NCBI GenBank assembly: GCA_965216875.1
Contig: OZ244207.1
Coordinates: 6,816,001 to 6,880,000 of the forward strand
Length of the DNA stretch: 64,000 nucleotides
Direction of reading: 5' to 3'
DNA from: Rubripirellula sp.
GTDB lineage: Bacteria; Planctomycetota; Planctomycetia; Pirellulales; Pirellulaceae
The translations under genes and the position numbers were made by a program. How positions within the stretch are numbered: position 1 is the stretch's first letter; the number at the start of each line of letters is the position of its first letter. The notes beneath the pieces were generated by a model. The model saw only the letters and a list, made by a program, of their open reading frames with translations. It did not search any database and was not told where the DNA came from. This document shows positions 61,778 through 64,000 of the stretch, in pieces.

Positions 61778-62992
61778 TCAGCGAGGTGTCTGCGATTTGT
61801 TCAGGTCCAAAAACTGTTCAACGAGGGTCGATGAGAACTCAGGATCGTTGATGTGGAAGGGTGTGCGCAGGAAACGCCGTTGATCGGTCTGCTCGATTTC
61901 CGCTTCAAGCGTCTCGAAAAGTGCGGCGTTGGCTTGGGGATCATAAAAGGGTTGGCCAGGCGCGTCGATCATCGAGACGCCGCCTTCGGGAATCACCACG
62001 GTGACAGGGCTCTTCGATGCGTTGAGTCGCTTTGCGATCCAAGTTGCGAACTGGCGGTTTTCTTCGACCGTGGTGCGCATGAGTGTGACCTGAGCGTTAT
62101 GGACGTGCAGATTTCGCTCGCGAAACTTGTCGGGCACCGTATCGAGGGCACCAAAATTGACCATGTCGAGCGCGCCAACACTCAAGACGAGCGGAATTCT
62201 TTTTTGGATCATTCGCTCAAATCGGCTCGGGCCCGCAGGAAAGATGCCTCCAACCACCTCATCGGCCACTTCGGTCGTCGAAATATCCAACACGCCCTGG
62301 ATCAGTCCCGATTCCACAAGCTGTTCCATGGCCCGACCACCTGAGCCGGTGGCGTGAAAGACGAGACACTCGAATCCCCGCTCTTCGAGAGACTGTCGCA
62401 CGGCTGTGACGCACGGAGTGGTGACGCCGAACATCGTCATGCCCAACGTTGACGCGGAATGTTGAAGCTCCAAACGGTGAGTGACCATGCCTGCTAGCGC
62501 ATGCGCGGCATTCCCCAAGACGGTCTGCGAAACGGCATTCAATCCCGCCACGTCGACAACCGAATACATCATCGTGATGTCGCTACAGTCGATGTACGGT
62601 GCGGTATTGCCGCTGGCCACGGTCGACACCATCAGCTTGGGCATCCCGATCGGTAGCTGGCGCAAGGCTCGCGTGATCAGCGCGGTGCCACCGCTGCCGC
62701 CAATGCCGATCACTCCCGCGAGTTCACCCGCCGAAGCGACGTCACGAAGATAGTCGGCGAGAGCTTCGCCCATCGCCGTGACGGCCGTGCCTCGATCACC
62801 GGTCTCGTTGATGGAAGCGTCGCCGAGGATCGTTTTGCGATCGATATCGGGGGCGACGGTTGGGGCGTCATGCACCCCGACGTCGACTGTCTTCACGAGA
62901 ACGCCAGCCTTTCTCAGGCAGGCGGCGACATAAGCAAGCTCTTCACCTTTTGTATCCATCGTGGCGATGGCATAGACCATGGGAGCAGTCAT
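61778..62992 (-). CDS. Tm-1-like ATP-binding domain protein (UPF0261)
   Basis: [52 protein letters not shown]. Confidence 0.92.
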   Translation of the reverse strand: MTAPMVYAIATMDTKGEELAYVAACLRKAGVLVKTVDVGVHDAPTVAPDIDRKTILGDASINETGDRGTAVTAMGEALADYLRDVASAGELAGVIGIGGSGGTALITRALRQLPIGMPKLMVSTVASGNTAPYIDCSDITMMYSVVDVAGLNAVSQTVLGNAAHALAGMVTHRLELQHSASTLGMTMFGVTTPCVTAVRQSLEERGFECLVFHATGSGGRAMEQLVESGLIQGVLDISTTEVADEVVGGIFPAGPSRFERMIQKRIPLVLSVGALDMVNFGALDTVPDKFRERNLHVHNAQVTLMRTTVEENRQFATWIAKRLNASKSPVTVVIPEGGVSMIDAPGQPFYDPQANAALFETLEAEIEQTDQRRFLRTPFHINDPEFSSTLVEQFLDLNKSQTPR

Positions 62993-63146
62993 TGTTCGTT
63001 ACTGGCAGCAAAATCGAAAGGAATGAAGGTGCGAGAGGAAGGTACCACGAATAGCACGAATCACACGAATAGCGAGGATAACAAACCTTGAGCGACTTTG
63101 GCGTCCTGCAACAGTGCAATGCCAGTGCACCGATCAGCAGACCCGA

Positions 63147-63189
63147 GCCTTAGGTACTGCGGGCCTTAGGTACTTCGGGCCTTAGGTAC
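63147..63189. repeat. Three gccttaggtac direct repeats, period 16
   Basis: Copies at 63147, 63163, 63179 in a divergent intergenic region. Confidence 0.8.
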
Positions 63190-63272
63190 AATGAGTCGTC
63201 TCACCTTTCGCCCTGCCCCACTACGACCGACTCGCCCACCACAACCAACTTGCCCACCATAACCAACTTGCC

Positions 63273-64000
63273 ATGCAACGTTTCTGTCTTCTTCTGATTG
63301 TCGTGTTGTCTACCGGCCACGTCACAGCACACAGTGCCGAGGCCGAACGCTACAACGTGTTGTTCATCATTTCTGATGACCTGACGGCGACCGCCCTGTC
63401 ATGTTACGGGAACAAGGTATGTCAAACTCCGAACATCGATGCGATCGCCGCAAAGGGAACACGCTTCACGCGCGCCTATTGCCAGGGCACGTATTGTGGC
63501 CCGTCGCGCGCCTCTTTCATGTCGGGTTACTACCCGCATGCGACCGCCACACTTGGCTACAGAAATCCTCGGTCGAAGATCGGCGACCGAGCAATGTGGT
63601 CTCAGCACTTCAAGGACAACGGGTATTACACCGCGCGCGTCAGCAAGATCTTTCATATGGGTGTGCCGGGCGGTGTTGAGTTGGGGACGGATCCCAAGAA
63701 ACACGACAATTTCAACGGTGCCGACGATGCATTGAGTTGGACCGAGCGGTTCAATAGCCCAGGTCCTGAATGGAAAGCCGCCGGTGATGGCGAGACTTTG
63801 GAAGGCAACCCGAACGGCACTCGCCCAGTCGTGGGCGGCAACACGTTTGTTGTGGTCGAAGCCGATGGCGATGACCTTGTGCATAGCGACGGAAAGACGG
63901 CAGCGAAGGCTGTCGAGTTGATCGAGCAGCACAAAGAGGAGCCCTTCTGGATTGGCGTTGGGTTCGTGCGGCCGCACGTTCCCTTCGTAGCACCAAGAAA
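63273..64000 (+). CDS. Sulfatase, 3'-truncated by window edge (absent from ORF track)
   Basis: MQRFCLLLIVVL signal, YNVLFIISDDL, YCQGTYCGPSRASFMSG, SKIFH, GFVRPHVPF. Confidence 0.93.
   Translation, partial: MQRFCLLLIVVLSTGHVTAHSAEAERYNVLFIISDDLTATALSCYGNKVCQTPNIDAIAAKGTRFTRAYCQGTYCGPSRASFMSGYYPHATATLGYRNPRSKIGDRAMWSQHFKDNGYYTARVSKIFHMGVPGGVELGTDPKKHDNFNGADDALSWTERFNSPGPEWKAAGDGETLEGNPNGTRPVVGGNTFVVVEADGDDLVHSDGKTAAKAVELIEQHKEEPFWIGVGFVRPHVPFVAPR

Noticed and set aside
63107..63124. Sigma-54 promoter TGGCATTGCACTGTTGCA upstream of the Tm-1-like cluster
   Set aside because: GG-to-GC spacing is 12, not the required 10

Overview
GC-rich (~57-58% by eye) bacterial window with the gene content of a marine planctomycete (Pirellulaceae-like; inferred from four sulfatases, a DUF1592/DUF1552 pair, PVC-type cytochromes, a TIGR02989-like ECF sigma factor with FecR partners, and planctomycete-style REP palindromes). 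Core genes: lpdA (partial), WecB/TagA glycosyltransferase, trkA, fused 5-oxoprolinase/hydantoinase, cardiolipin synthase. Main leads: (1) an 86-aa WXG100-like helical protein just upstream of a 1307-aa membrane-anchored EccC/EssC-like FtsK ATPase, a type VII secretion-like module in a diderm PVC bacterium; (2) a sigma-54 unit, with a GAF-AAA+ activator divergent from a lipoprotein cytochrome P460 (cross-link Lys and distal Glu kept) plus a Cys-rich YHS protein, and a correctly spaced -24/-12 promoter; (3) a candidate ~110-nt sRNA at 23.1-23.2 kb; (4) a split bacterial homologue of plant Tm-1 clustered with DUF418 and cls; (5) small orphan genes separated by what may be eroded attC sites; (6) a secreted Cys/Pro/Ala-rich repeat protein. 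No rRNA, tRNA, CRISPR, integrase or transposase was recognised. Family assignments come from motif recognition by eye, not database searches.
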